Shown here piece after piece: positions 23,766 to 38,791 of a DNA stretch of 64,000 nt. The notes below the pieces were generated by a model. That model was not told the DNA's origin. It made no database searches and saw nothing but the letters and a program-made list of their open reading frames with translations. Within the stretch, counting starts at the first letter, position 1. The number at the start of each line of letters is the position of its first letter. This DNA comes from Nemertoderma westbladi (Eukaryota > Animalia > Xenacoelomorpha). The DNA lies in assembly GCA_032718475.1 (NCBI GenBank), contig JAUCBJ010000941.1, positions 26,043 through 90,042 of the forward strand. Reading direction: 5' to 3'. Both the position numbers and the translations under genes were made by a program.

Positions 23766-26700
23766 AGACACTCACTGGTCGCCTGGAAGACACGCATGGG
23801 TCGCCTGGAAGACACTCACTGGACGTCTGGAAAACACTCACTGGTCGTCTGGAAGACACTCACTGGACGTCTGGAAAACACTCACTGGTCGTCTGGAAGA
23901 CACTCACTGGACGTCTGGAAAACACTCACTGGTCGTCTGGAAAACACTCACTGGACGTCTGGAAAACACTCACTGGTCGTCTGGAATACACTCACTGGTC
24001 GTCTGGAAGACACTCACTGGACGTCTGGAAAACACTCACTGGTCGTCTGGAAGACACTCACTGGACGTCTGGAAAACACTCACTGGTCGTCTGGAATACA
24101 CTCACTGGTCGTCTGGAAGACACTCACTGGGCGTCTCGAAAATACTCACTGGTCGTCTGGAAGACACGCACTGGTCGTCTGGAACACACTCACTGGACGT
24201 CTGGAAGACACTCACTGGTCGTCTGGAAGACACTCACTGGTCGTCTGGAAGACACTCATTGGTCGCTTGGAAGACACTCACTGGTCGTCTGGAAGACACT
24301 CACTGGACGTCAGGAAGATACTCCACTCACTGGTCGTCTGGAAGATACGACACTCACTGGTCGCCTGGAAGACACTCACTGGTCGTCTGGAAGACACTCA
24401 CTGGTCGCCTGGAAGACACTCACTGGACGTCTGGAAGACACTCACTGGTCGCCTGGAAGACAGTCACTGGTCGTCTGGAAGACACTCACTGGTCGTCTGG
24501 AAGACACGCACTGGTCGTCTGTAACACACTCACGGGACGTCTGGAAGACACTCATTGGTCGTCTGGAAAATACTCACTGGTCGCCTGGAAGACACTCATT
24601 GGTCGCCTGGAAGACACTCACTGGTCGTCTGGAAGACACTCACTGGACGTCAGGAAGACACTACACACACTGGTCGTCTGGAAGATACGACACTCACTGG
24701 TCGCCTGGAAGACACTCACTGGTCGCCTGGAAGACACTCACTGGTCGCCTGGAAGACACTCACTGGACGTCTGGAAGACACTCACTGGTCGTCTGGAAGA
24801 CACTCACTGGTCGTCTGGAAGACACACACTAGTCGTCTGGAAGACACTCACTGGTCGTCTGGAAAACACTCACTGGTCGCCTGGAAGACACTCACTGGTC
24901 GCCTGGAAGACACTCACTGGTCGCCTGGAAGACACTCACTGGACGTCTGGAAGACACTCACTGGTCGTCTGGAAGACACTCACTGGTCGTCTGGAAGACA
25001 CACACTAGTCGTCTGGAAGACACTCACTGGTCGTCTGGAAGACACTCACTGGACGTCTGGAAAACACTCACTGGTCGTCTGGAAGACACTCACTGGACGT
25101 CTGGAAAACACTCACTGGTCGTCTGGAATACACTCACTGGTCGTCTGGAAGACACTCACTGGACGTCTGGAAAACACTCACTGGTCGTCTGGAATACACT
25201 CACTGGTCGTCTGGAAGTCACTCACTGGACGTCTGGAAAACACTCACTGGTCGCCTGGAAGACACTCACTGGACGTCTGGAAAACACTCACTGGTCGTCT
25301 GGAAGACACGCACTGGTCGCCTGGAAGACACTCACTGGTCGTCTGGAATACATTCACTGGTCGTCTGGAAGAAACTCACTGGACGTTTCGAAAACACTCA
25401 CTGGTCGTCTGGAAGACACTCACTGGTCGTCTGGAAGACACTCACTGGACGTCAGGAAGACACTACACTCACTGGCTGTCTGGAAGATACGACACTCACT
25501 GGTCGCCTGGAAGACACTCACTGGTCGCCTGGAAGAAACTCACTGGTCGCCTGGAAGACACTCACTGGTCGCCTGGAAGACACTCACTGGACGTCTGGAA
25601 GACACTCACTGGTCGCCTGGAAGACACTCACTGGTCGTCTGGAAGACACTCACTGGTCGTCTGGAAGACACACACTAGTCGTCTGGAAGACACTCACTGG
25701 TCGTCTGGAAGACACTCACTGGACGTCTGGAAAACACTCACTGGTCGTCAGGAAGACACTCACTGGACGTCTGGAAAACACTCACTGGTCGTCTGGAATA
25801 CACTCACTGGTCGTCTGGAAGACACTCACTGGACGTCTGGAAAACACTCACTGGTCGTCTGGAATACACTCACTGGTCGTCTGGAAGACACTCACTGGAC
25901 GTCTGGAAAACACTCACTGGTCGTCTGGAAGACACTCACTGGACGTCTGGAAAACACTCACTGGTCGTCTGGAAGACACGCACTGGTCGCCTGGAAGACA
26001 CTCACTGGTCGTCTGGAATACATTCACTGGTCGTCTGGAAGAAACTCACTGGACGTCTCGAAAACACTCACTGGTCGTCTGGAAGACACGCACTGGTCGT
26101 CTGGAACACATTCACTGGACGTCTGGAAGACACTCACTGGTCGTCTGGAAGACACTCACTGGTCGTCTGGAAGACACACATTGGTCGCCTGGAAAACACT
26201 CACTGGTCGTCTGGAAGACACTCATTGGTCGTCTGGAAGACACGCACTGGTCGTCTGGAAAACACTCACTGGACGTCTGGAAGACACTCACTGGTCGTCT
26301 GGAAAACACTCACTGGTCGTCTGGAAGACACTCATTGGTCGCCTGGAAGACACTCACTGGTCGTCTGGAAGACACTCACTTGACGTCAGGAAGATACTAC
26401 ACTCACTGGTCGTCTGGAAGATACGACACTCACTGGTCGCCTGGAAGACACTCACTGGTCGCCTGGAATACACTCACTGGTCGCCTGGAAGACACTCACT
26501 GGTCGCCTGGAAGACACTCACTGGACGTCTGGAAGAACTCACTGGTCGCCTGGAAGACACTCACTGGTCGTCTGGAAGACACTCACTGGTCGTCTGGAAG
26601 ACACACACTAGTCGTCTGGAAGACACTCACTGGTCGTCTGGAAGATACGACACTCACTGGTCGTCTGGAAGACACTCACTGGACATCTGGAAGACACTCA

Positions 26701-27317
26701 CTGGTCGTCTGGAAGATACGACACTCACTGGTCGTCTGGAAGACACTCACTGGTCGCCTGGAAGACACTCACTGGTCGTCTGGAAGACACTCACTGGTCG
26801 TCTGGAAGACACTCACTGGACGTCTGGAAAACACTCACTGGTCGCCTGGAAAACAAGCACTGGTCGCCTGGAAGACACTCACTGGTCGTCTGGAATACAC
26901 TCACTGGTCGTCTTGAAGACACTCACTGGACGTCTGGAAAACACTCACTGGTCGTCTGGAAGACACGCACTGGTCGTCTGGAAGACACTCACTGGTCGTC
27001 TGGAAGACACTCAGTGGTCGCCTGGAAGAAACTCACGGGTCGTCTGGAAGACACACACTAGTCGTCTGGAAGACACTCACTGGTCCTCTGGAATACACTC
27101 ACTGGTCGTCTGGAAGACACTCACTGGACGTCTGGAAGACACTCACTGGTCGTCTGGAAGATACGATACTCACTGGTCGTCTGGAAGACACTCACTGGGC
27201 GTCTGTTAGACTCGACACTACTTGGTCGTCTGGAAGACACTCACTAGTCGTCTGGAAGAGACTCATTTGTCGTCTGGAAGACACTCACTATGGTCGTCTG
27301 TTAGACACTCACTGGTC
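23766..27317. repeat. 22-bp minisatellite (CTGGAAGACACTCACTGGTCGT)n, about 3.5 kb
   Basis: Directly visible; explains the LEDTHWSSGRHSLVVWKTLTGR pseudo-ORFs. Confidence 0.97.
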
Positions 27318-27779
27318 TTAATAATGCAGAAAATGGCTGATCGCAAACTGTGGCGGTGTTGCGTTGATGAAATAAAATATATGTAAATAAATATTAAATA
27401 ATAGCGAAAATGTGAATAGGCAGTCATATGTAATAACATGGTAATACCAATTATAAAGACTAAGAAATACAACAGTTATCTATAAAGGAGCGAAGTAACT
27501 CATTCAAGGCTCTACTTAATTGCTTATTAGTCGTAATCCGGCGAATGGTGGCATATGTGTAGATGAGTGACACTTTAGTGCAATAAGTAATAACCCTAAC
27601 AACCAAAACTTGGCTTCAACTTCTACTTAAGTATATTACCTAAAACCAACAATAACATAAAAACTAACCCTACATTATAGATCAATATATTACAACGCAT
27701 ACTAGATGTATATAATAAAACAACGACGATAGGGAAAATTTTAATAACATAACTAACGATGTTTAAGTTAGGCTACTGA

Positions 27780-30700
27780 AACAGATAGAAATGAAATGCA
27801 TAATATACTGTGGATATACCCACAAAAGGGGCGTCAGGTTTTGCCAAGCATTTGGTAAACAATGTTACAGTTGTTGTGGACGTATCGTAATCACACAGCT
27901 CAGGTTTGTATTGCAAGGTGTAATCCACAAATTCGCCGAAATCTCAAGCCTAAGTGAGATGAAGAAATTGAAGATGACTTCAATTGCGATACATTATTCA
28001 TCGATAGAGTTGACATTAGACCAATGGAGGATCAATATGACTGGTAAGATAATGTGTTAATGGGTTCAACTTAACATTTAAACTCGATCCAGATGCGCAA
28101 TGTAACGTGATGTCACTACAAACATATATGGACATAAAAGGAAATTTAACGCGACTCAACAAATCAAAAAGCATATTTAAGGGATTCACCAATCATGCCA
28201 GTGCGACCAATAGGTTTCATAACACTACCTTCTTTAATAAGAAATAGTGAATATCCCATTCAATAATAAAATTCAAAAATCATAAATCATAATATCCCAT
28301 TCAAAAATAAAACTGTAACCTGTTCTATTGTGCTTAGTTTATTGTTTTGGTTAAAATAACGTGCAACTGTAACCTGCTCCTTTCCCTAAATTGAGAATTT
28401 AACATTGAGGCGGGATTTGCGTCCAGTTTCCCCCCTGTCTCAGAACCACTTCTCCCTCATGCGATACCAGATCAAGCTTGGCAAAAGATTGGTAGTGACT
28501 TCATGGAGTTTGAAGGTAAGTAAGTAATGGTTATTTGTTGCTGATTATTACAGCAACTGGATTGAAATGATTAGTATGGGGGAAAAAACACATGCAGCTG
28601 CTCTTATCCATGAACTGAAGTCCTTATTTGCTATTCACGGAATACGAGAGGAAATTGTTTCAGATAATGGTCCTCCATTTGATTCATTTGAATATTCTAA
28701 CTTCGCAAGCGATGATGGAATCTTCCTTAATAGAGTTAGTTCGAAACATCCAAGAAGTAATGCCTGAGTTGAAACGGCAGTTGATATTGCAAAGAATATT
28801 CTACGAAAGAATACAGATTGGCGCTCAGCACTAATGGAGTACAGGGCTATGCCATTATCTGGAATACATAAGTCTCCCGGTGAATTAATGTTTGGAAGAC
28901 TTACCCGCACGAAAATTCCAAGTTCTAGTACATTGTTAACACCAAAGACCAGTCGCCACGATCGCGATCTTCAGTTAAATAATAAAATTAGACAGAAACA
29001 CTACAACGATCAATCAGCGGGACCAAATTTATCTCAATTATATCGAACGACCAATCTACCATGAACACTGAGAAGGACACAACAGTACCTCTGAACGACC
29101 ACTCTACCAGGACCACTGAGAAGGACACAACAGTACCTCTGAACGACCACTCTACCAGGACCACTGAGAAGGACACAACAGTACCTCTGAACGACCACTC
29201 TACCAGGACCACTGAGAAGGACCTAACAATACCTCTGAACGACCACTCTACCATGACCACTGAGAAGGACACAACAGTACCTCTGAACGACCACTCTACC
29301 AGGACCACTGAGAAGGACACAACAGTACCTCTGAACGACCACTCTACCAGGACCACTGAGAAGGACACAACAGTACCTCTGAACGACCACTCTACCAGGA
29401 CCACTGAGAAGGACACAACAGTACCTCTGAACGACCACTCTACCAGGACCACTGAGAAGGACCTAACAATACCTCTGAACGACCACTCTACCATGACCAC
29501 TGATCAGGACACAACAGTACCTCTGAGCGACCACTCTACCAGGACCACTGAGAAGGACCTAACAATACCTCTGAACGACCACTCTACCATGACCACTGAC
29601 CAAGTCACAACCGTACCTATGAACTACCACTCTACCATGACCACTGAGAAGGACACAACAGTACCTCTGAACGACCACTCTACCAGGACCACTGAGAAGG
29701 ACCTAACAATACCTCTGAACGACCACTCTACCATGACCACTGAGAAGGACACAACAGTACCTCTGAACGACCACTCTACCAGAACCACTGAGAAGGACAC
29801 AACAGTACCTCTGAACGACCACTCTACCAGGACCACTGAGAAGGACACAACAGTACCTCTGAACGACCACTCTACCAGGACCACTGAGAAGGACCTAACA
29901 ATACCTCTGAACGACCACTCTACCATGACCACTGAGAAGGACACAACAGTACCTCTGAACGACCACTCTACCAGAACCACTGAGAAGGACACAACAGTAC
30001 CTCTGAACGACCACTCTACCAGGACCACTGAGAAGGACACAACCGTACCTATGAACTACCACTCTACCAGGACCACTGAGAAGGACACAACAGTACCTCT
30101 GAACGACCACTCTACCAGGACCACTGAGAAAGACACAACAGTACCTCTGAACGACCACTCTACCAGGACCACTGAGAAGGACACAACAGTACCTCTGAAC
30201 GACCACTCTACCAGGACCACTGAGAAGGACACAACAGTACCTCTGAACGACCACTCTACCAGGACCACTGAGAAGGACACAACAGTACCTCTGAACGACC
30301 ACTCTACCATGACCACTGAGAAGGACACAACAGTACCTCTGAACGACCACTCTACCAGGACCACTGAGAAGGACACAACAGTACCTCTGAACGACCACTC
30401 TACCATGACCACTGAGAAGGACACAACAGTACCTCTGAACGACCACTCTACCAGAACCACTGAGAAGGACACAACAGTACCTCTGAACGACCACTCTACC
30501 ATGACCACTGAGAAGGACACAACAGTACCTCTGAACGACCACTCTACCAGAACCACTGAGAAGGACACAACAGCACCTCTGAACGACCACTCTACCAGGA
30601 CCACTGAGAAGGACACAACAGTACCTCTGAACGACCACTCTACCAGGACCACTGAGAAGGACACAACAGTACCTCTGAACGACCACTCTACCATGACCAC

Positions 30701-33700
30701 TGAGAAGGACACAACAGTACCTCTGAACGACCACTCTACCATGACCACTGAGAAGGACACAACAGTACCTCTGAACGACCACTCTACCAGAACCACTGAG
30801 AAGGACACAACAGTACCTCTGTACGACCACTCTACCAGGACCACTGAGAAGGACACAACAGTACCTCTGAACGACCACTCTACCAGAACCACTGAGAAGG
30901 ACACAACAGTACCTCTGAACGACCACTCTACCAGGACCACTGAGAAGGACACAACAGTACCTCTGAACGACCACTCTACCAGGACCACTGAGAAGGACAC
31001 AACAGTACCTCTGAACGACCACTCTACCAGGACCACTGAGAAGGACACAACAGTACCTCTGAACGACCACTCTACCAGGACCACTGAGAAGGACCTAACA
31101 ATACCTCTGAACGACCACTCTACCATGACCACTGACCAGGACACAACAGTACCTCTGAGCGACCACTCTACCAGGACCACTGAGAAGGACCTAACAATAC
31201 CTCTGAACGACCACTCTACCATGACCACTGACCAGGACACAACAGTACCTCTGAGCGACCACTCTACCAGGACCACTGAGAAGGACCTAACAATACCTCT
31301 GAACGACCACTCTACCATGACCACTGAGAAGGACACAACAGTACCTCTGAACGACCACTCTACCAGAACCACTGAGAAGGACACAACAGTACCTCTGAAC
31401 GACCACTCTACCAGGACCACTGAGAAGGACACAACCGTACCTATGAACTACCACTCTACCAGAACCACTGAGAAGGACACAACAGTACCTCTGAACGACC
31501 ACTCTACCAGGACCACTGAGAAGGACACAACAGTACCTCTGAACGACCACTCTACCAGGACCACTGAGAAGGACACAACAGTACCTCTGAACGACCACTC
31601 TACCAGGACCACTGAGAAGGACACAACAGTACCTCTGAACGACCACTCTACCAGGACCACTGAGAAGGACCTAACAATACCTCTGAACGACCACTCTACC
31701 ATGACCACTGACCAGGACACAACAGTACCTCTGAGCGACCACTCTACCAGGACCACTGAGAAGGACCTAACAATACCTCTGAACGACCACTCTACCATGA
31801 CCACTGACCAAGTCACAACCGTACCTATGAACTACCACTCTACCATGACCACTGAGAAGGACACAACAGTACCTCTCAACGACCACTCTACCAGGACCAC
31901 TGAGAAGGACCTAACAATACCTCTGAACGACCACTCTACCATGACCACTGAGAAGGACACAACAGTACCTCTGAACGACCACTCTACCAGGACCACTGAG
32001 AAGGACCTAACAATACCTCTGAACGACCACTCTACCATGACCACTGACCAGGACACAACCGTACCTATGAACGATCACTCTACCATGACCACTGACCAGG
32101 ACACAACCGTACCTATGAACGACCACTGACCAGGACACAACAGCACCTCTGAACGACCACTCTACCATGACCACTGACCAGGACACAACCGTACCTATGA
32201 ACGACCACTGACCAGGACACAACAGCACCTCTGAACGACCACTCTACCATGACCACTGACCAGGACACAACCGTACCTATGAACGACCACTGACCAAGAC
32301 ACAACCGTACTTATGAACTACCACTCTACCATGACCACTGACCAGGACACAACCGTACCTCTGAACGACCACTGACCAAGACACAACCGTACCTATGAAC
32401 GACCACTCTACCATGACCACTGACCAGGACACAACCGTACCTATGAACGACCACTCTACCATGACCACTGACCAAGACACAACCGTACCTATGAGCTACC
32501 ACTCTACCATGACCACTGACCAGGACACAACCGTACCTCTGAACTACCACTCTACCATGACCACTGACCAGGACACAACCGTACCTATGAACGACCACTC
32601 TACCATGACCACTGACCAAGACACAACCGTACCTATGAACTACCACTCTACCTTGACCACTGACCAGGACACAACCGTACCTCTGAACGACCACTCTACC
32701 ATGACCACTGACCAAGACACAACCGTACCTATGAACTACCACTCTACCATGACCACTGACCAAGACACAACCGTACCTCTGAACGACCACTCTACCATGA
32801 CCACTGACCAGGACACAACCGTACCTATGAACGACCACTGACCAGGACACAACAGCACCTCTGAACGACCACTCTACCATGACCACTGACCAGGACACAA
32901 CCATACCTATGAACGACCACTGACCAAGACACAACCGTACCTATGAACTACCACTCTACCATGACCACTGACCAGGACACAACCGTACCTCTGAACGACC
33001 ACTGACCAAGACACAACCGTACCTATGAACGACCACTCTACCATGACCACTGACCAGGACACAACCGTACCTATGAACGACCACTCTACCATGACCACTG
33101 ACCAAGACACAACCGTACCTATGAACTACCACTCTACCATGACCACTGACCAGGACACAACCGTACCTCTGAACTACCACTCTACCATGACCACTGACCA
33201 GGACACAACCGTACCTATGAACGACCACTCTACCATGACCACTGACCAAGACACAACCGTACCTATGAACTACCACTCTACCTTGACCACTGACCAGGAC
33301 ACAACCGTACCTCTGAACGACCACTCTACCATGACCACTGACCAAGACACAACCGTACCTATGAACTACCACTCTACCATGACCACTGACCAGGACACAA
33401 CCGTACCTCTGAACTACCACTCTACCATGACCACTGACCAGGACACAACCGTACCTATGAACGACCACTCTACCATGACCACTGACCAAGACACAACCGT
33501 ACCTATGAACTACCACTCTACCTTGACCACTGACCAGGACACAACCGTACCTCTGAACGACCACTCTACCATGACCACTGACCAGGACACAACCGTACCT
33601 ATGAACGACCACTCTACCATGACCACTGACCAAGACACAACCGTACCTATGAACTACCACTCTACCTTGACCACTGACCAGGACACAACCGTACCTCTGA

Positions 33701-35389
33701 ACGACCACTCTACCATGACCACTGACCAAGACACAACCGTACCTATGAACTACCACTCTACCATGACCACTGACCAAGACACAACCGTACCTATGAACGA
33801 CCACTGACCAGGATACAACCGTACCTCTGAACGACCACTCTACCATGACCACTGACCAGGACACAACCGTACCTATGAACGACCACTCTACCATGACCAC
33901 TGACCAAGACACAACCGTACCTATGAACTACCACTCTACCTTGACCACTGACCAGGACACAACCGTACCTCTGAACGACCACTCTACCATGACCACTGAC
34001 CAAGACACAACCGTACCTATGAACTACCACTCTACCTTGACCACTGACCAGGACACAACCGTACCTCTGAACGACCACTCTACCATGACCACTGACCAAG
34101 ACACAACCGTACCTATGAACTACCACTCTACCATGACCACTGACCAAGACACAACCGTACCTATGAACGACCACTGACCAGGATACAACCGTACCTCTGA
34201 ACGACCACTCTACCATGACCACTGACCAGGACACAACCGTACCTATGAACGACCACTCTACCATGACCACTGACCAAGACACAACCGTACCTATGAACTA
34301 CCACTCTACCTTGACCACTGACCAGGACACAACCGTACCTCTGAACGACCACTCTACCATGACCACTGACCAAGACACAACCGTACCTATGAACTACCAC
34401 TCTACCTTGACCACTGACCAGGACACAACCGTACCTCTGAACGACCACTCTACCATGACCACTGACCAAGACACAACCGTACCTATGAACTACCACTCTA
34501 CCATGACCACTGACCAAGACACAACCGTACCTATGAACGACCACTGACCAGGATACAACCGTACCTCTGAACGACCACTCTACCATGACCACTGACCAGG
34601 ACACAACCGTACCTATGAACGACCACTCTACCATGACCACTGACCAAGACACAACCGTACCTATGAACTACCACTCTACCTTGACCACTGACCAGGACAC
34701 AACCGTACCTCTGAACGACCACTCTACCATGACCACTGACCAAGACACAACCGTACCTATGAACGACCACTCTACCATGACCACTGACCAAGACACAACC
34801 GTACCTATGAACTACCACTCTACCTTGACCACTGACCAGGACACAACCGTACCTCTGAACGACCACTCTACCATGACCACTGACCAAGACACAACCGTAC
34901 CTATGAACTACCACTCTACCATGACCACTGACCAAGACACAACCGTACCTATGAACGACCACTGACCAGGATACAACCGTACCTCTGAACGACCACTCTA
35001 CCATGACCACTGACCAAGACACAACCGTACCTCTGAACGACCACTCTACCAATACAACTAATACATCAGGAGGAGCGGCATTACGAAGTACTGAAAGAAT
35101 TCGATTACAAGGTGAAAAGGAGTCTTGAAGAAAGGAGGATGTAACATTAGTATTCATTCTTAATGAAAGTTATATAGTTAACTGAGCTACATCACTAACT
35201 ATATTATTAATTGAACTATTAGTTGCGTACCGTGATCGGTTTGACCTTTATATTAATTAGTAGTGTTAGACCTAGAGTTATGAGGTGGAGGGGGACTAGT
35301 GTGTACAAGAGTACAGTAAGAGAGCTAATTGTATTGCATTATCTATTGAGCTTATTATACAGAATAGATTGCAAACTCATTTTTTAACA
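27780..35389 (+). mobile_element. Decayed Gypsy-type LTR retrotransposon (gag knuckle, protease and integrase remnants; RT/RNase H not seen) with PPT and 3' LTR
   Basis: C..CGYTH...CQAFGKQCYSC; FKLDPDAQCNV; WQKIGSD..., DYYSNWIE, LFAIHGIREEIVSDNGPPF, SPGELMFGR. PPT GAAGAAAGGAGGA is followed by TGTAAC (35140)...TTAACA (35389). Confidence 0.82.
29056..35050. repeat. 48-bp minisatellite, about 6 kb, expanded inside the Gypsy integrase tail
   Basis: (ACCACTGAGAAGGACACAACAGTACCTCTGAACGACCACTCTACCAGG)n with a GACCAG/ATG variant in the right half and 34-bp truncated units. Confidence 0.97.
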
Positions 35390-35944
35390 CTATATAAAAA
35401 AAATACTGCAAATTTATTACAGAATATTCATTAATGATGGGTGTGGGGACGTTAACACGTATTTATATTTGTAATGGAATATTAATAAATATAAATAATA
35501 GCCTAACTTAACAATTCGATTCTAATTAAACGATTCCTAAATTTAAATAAACTAACTTGGTGATGTTTAAGGAATAACAGCTTTCTTATAAGTATAAAAA
35601 TAGTGCAAATATTATTTGGCAGTCTATTCAATGTTGATATAAATTCTAAGAGGATGGGCGGAGGGCGGAGACAATGGCGGTTGGCTGGTTCAATACGTCT
35701 AATATAATCATATGAATACAGTTTGGCATGGCTGCCCAATTGGATTAGTCAGAATATTAAGTATATGGCAACACACCAGCAGCGGTATTGCAGCAGTATG
35801 TAGTTCATTATGTGTAGGTAGAGACATGTAAGGGGGAACCGATACGTAGAGACATGTAAGGGGGAACCGATACGTAGAGACTTGCAAGGGGGAACCGATA
35901 AGTTAACATTATTTAATTAATGGTTTGTTGGGTTGAGTGGAAAA

Positions 35945-38346
35945 TACGGAAGCCCACAAGTGCCAGTCAACTTTACACATAAAATCTGATTTTTTATGTG
36001 TGTGTAGTTGGCACATGTGTGTAGTTGGCACGTGTGTGTAGTTGGCATATGTGTGTAGTTGGCATGTGTGTGTAGTTGGCATGTGTAGTTGGCATGTGTG
36101 TGTAGTTGGCACGTGTGTGTAGTTGGCATATGTGTGTAGTTGGCATGTGTGTGTAGTTGGCATGTGTAGTTGGCATGTGTGTGTAGTTGGCATGTGTGTG
36201 TAGTTGGCACGTGTGTTGTTGGCATGTGTGTAGTTGGCATATGTGTGTATTTGGCATGTGTGTGTAGTTGGCATGTGTAGTTGGCATATGTGTGTAGTTG
36301 GCACGTGTGTGTAGTTGGCATGTGTGTGTAGTTGGCATATGTGTAGTTGGCATGTGTGTGTAGTTGGCATGAGATTCGATTGCTTAGCAACCATCTTCAA
36401 GGTTGCTTAGCAACCCATTTATTAGCTAGTATCAGTACAACAGTAGAGTGTAGCAGGCCTACTGTAGTAGTGTCAGTGCCCGTTCACCTTTGCTACTTAG
36501 CTCATAGGCCGCCGTCGTTGTCGGTAGCCCCCATACCTGATGCGGTATCTGATTATTTTACAACTACTGGTGTAGCAGAAAATTACCACCCCCCTAAAAA
36601 TTCACCCCCGGTTAGAATTCACTAGGGTACGGTATTTTAACCGGGGGTGAAACTAGGCTTACTCTGGGTGATTTTTTAGTGAAATTTAACCCCCCTCAGT
36701 GTATTCTTACCCCCATATTTTAAATTTCAATATTACATGAAAATATATTTTATTATTATATGAAAAAACATATATTGTTAGGGTTATTGTTAGAAATGAC
36801 GACTTTTAGCCACAAAATATAGCGCGACCAACCATCAATAGCACCGTGGATTGGAAATCCATAAGGTTTAAGTTTATCATGTCCATCCACGTGCCAAACT
36901 GAATTAGGTCCGATATTGAAGTACTGGCGGCGCTGAAGTCGATGACGACGCCGGAGTTCGGTTGCCTCAGGACAAAGTGTACGTAATATAAAGGCTACTG
37001 TTGATCGGGGAACATGAATGCCCATAAGTTTAATTGATGCCAGACACTCCGATATCCCGCACGAGGTCACGCAATTGACGACAGAGTGTTCGTCTACTTG
37101 AAATTATTATGCCATGATTATTTGACAAAATATTTAGTAATTCTCGGTGAGTGTGGCCTTCTTTGTAGTAATGTGTTATAATATAGTATATATCCTACCG
37201 TAATAAATATATAGATACACTCTATGGCCCTTCGCGCAGTACGTGAGTTACATGAAATAAATGTACAGTATTGTCACTTCGCGTAGGTAGTGAGGATTAG
37301 GAGAGTAGTAGGACTGGGATATACATGCTGATATGGTAAATTGACACACATCCAGCCTTGTGCAGCAGACTAGAAAATAAAGCAGGCTTATATCGTATTC
37401 AAAGTAATATTGAAATTTAAAATATGGGGGTAAGAATATACTGAGGGGGGTTGACGACAGCAGGCAATCATCCCAGGCATGAAAATCGATCAATTTGCTT
37501 ACTGGGCGGAAAAGCCAACCAACCACCAAGGTTAAGGCTGAATCACCAGCCGATCGCCTCAATGGTTGGAAAGCCCACTTTGAAAAGCTCCTCAATAATG
37601 ACAGGGTATTGCCTGATAACTTTATAGAAGTAAAAGTGTCTGAGTCTGTACTCCCAGATATTCCCATTGGCGATATATCCTTTGCAGAAGTGAAGGCTGC
37701 TGCAATTTTGTTGACAAGCCGGCACAGCATTCTTAAAAATGCAGCTGCAATGCAGCATGCCGATCCTAGTATTAGTACGTCGGCGGCCTATGAGCTAAGT
37801 AGCAAAGGTGAACGGACACTGACACTACTACAGTAGGCCTGCTACACTCTACTGTTGTACTGATACTAGCTAATAAACCTTGAAGATGGTTGCTAAGCAA
37901 TCGAATCTCATGCCAACTACACACACATGCCAACTACACATATGCCAACTACACACATATGCCAACTACACACATATGCCAACTACACATGCCAACTACA
38001 CACACATGCCAACTACACATGCCAACTACACACACATGCCAACTACACACATATGCCAACTACACACACATACCAACTACACACACGTGCTAACTACACA
38101 TATGCCAACTACACACATATGCCAACTACACACATATGCCAACTACACATGCCAACTACACATATGCCAACTACACACATATGCCAACTACACACATATG
38201 CCAACTACACATGCCAACAACACACACATGCCAACTACACATGCCAACTACACACACATGCCAACTACACACACATGTGCCAACTACACACACATAAAAA
38301 ATCAGATTTTATGTGTAAAGTTGACTGGCACTTGTGGGCTTCCGTA
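35945..38346 (-). mobile_element. IS3EU-type DNA transposon (internally deleted) with ~570-bp TIRs and 6-bp TSD
   Basis: Termini TACGGAAGCCCAC...GTGGGCTTCCGTA; flanking direct repeat GGAAAA at 35939-35944 and 38347-38352. Internal integrase-like fragment 36756-37070 (GPNSVWHVDGHDKLKPYGFPIHGAIDGWSR). A LINE scrap lies at about 37440-37720. Confidence 0.85.
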
Positions 38347-38791
38347 GGAAAATGTTTGCCAGATGCAATGCCACAAAAAACGAGAAAAAACAATTGTTAA
38401 AAAGTTACCAGACGTACTGACGTACAACTGATATTCGTTATCGGCGTTATAACTCAAAAAGGCAGTGCTTTTTTTATAAAGTCCATAACCTGACTGTGAG
38501 AGATATCCAATCACAAATTCCTTTCCTTTACAAATTCTGTACTCATTTGTATGAAGGGGAGAGTTGGTACAGGGGCCAGGCTGCTGACTAGTTTAATACT
38601 GCAGACATATTGAGTGGAAATAGCTGGACGTGACGTACCTTTCGTTGTAAAGTAATTAGATTTCTTGATACAAAGACGTGTCCGGATTTGGGAAGTGCCG
38701 CCCATATCGCACGCGGTATCCCTACGACTTTGCTTTGGACGTGTGCGACATTAGCGCAGATCCGGACGAGGAAATCGCACGACTATACCAT

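Noticed and set aside
23796-27209. 884-aa and overlapping LEDTHWSSGR ORFs
   Set aside because: Product of a stop-poor 22-bp tandem repeat; the same peptide appears in all three frames.
29061-32129. 1022-aa Thr-rich mucin-like ORF as a host gene
   Set aside because: Pure 48-bp array inside a Gypsy remnant, with no signal peptide or unique domain, and later broken by 34-bp units.
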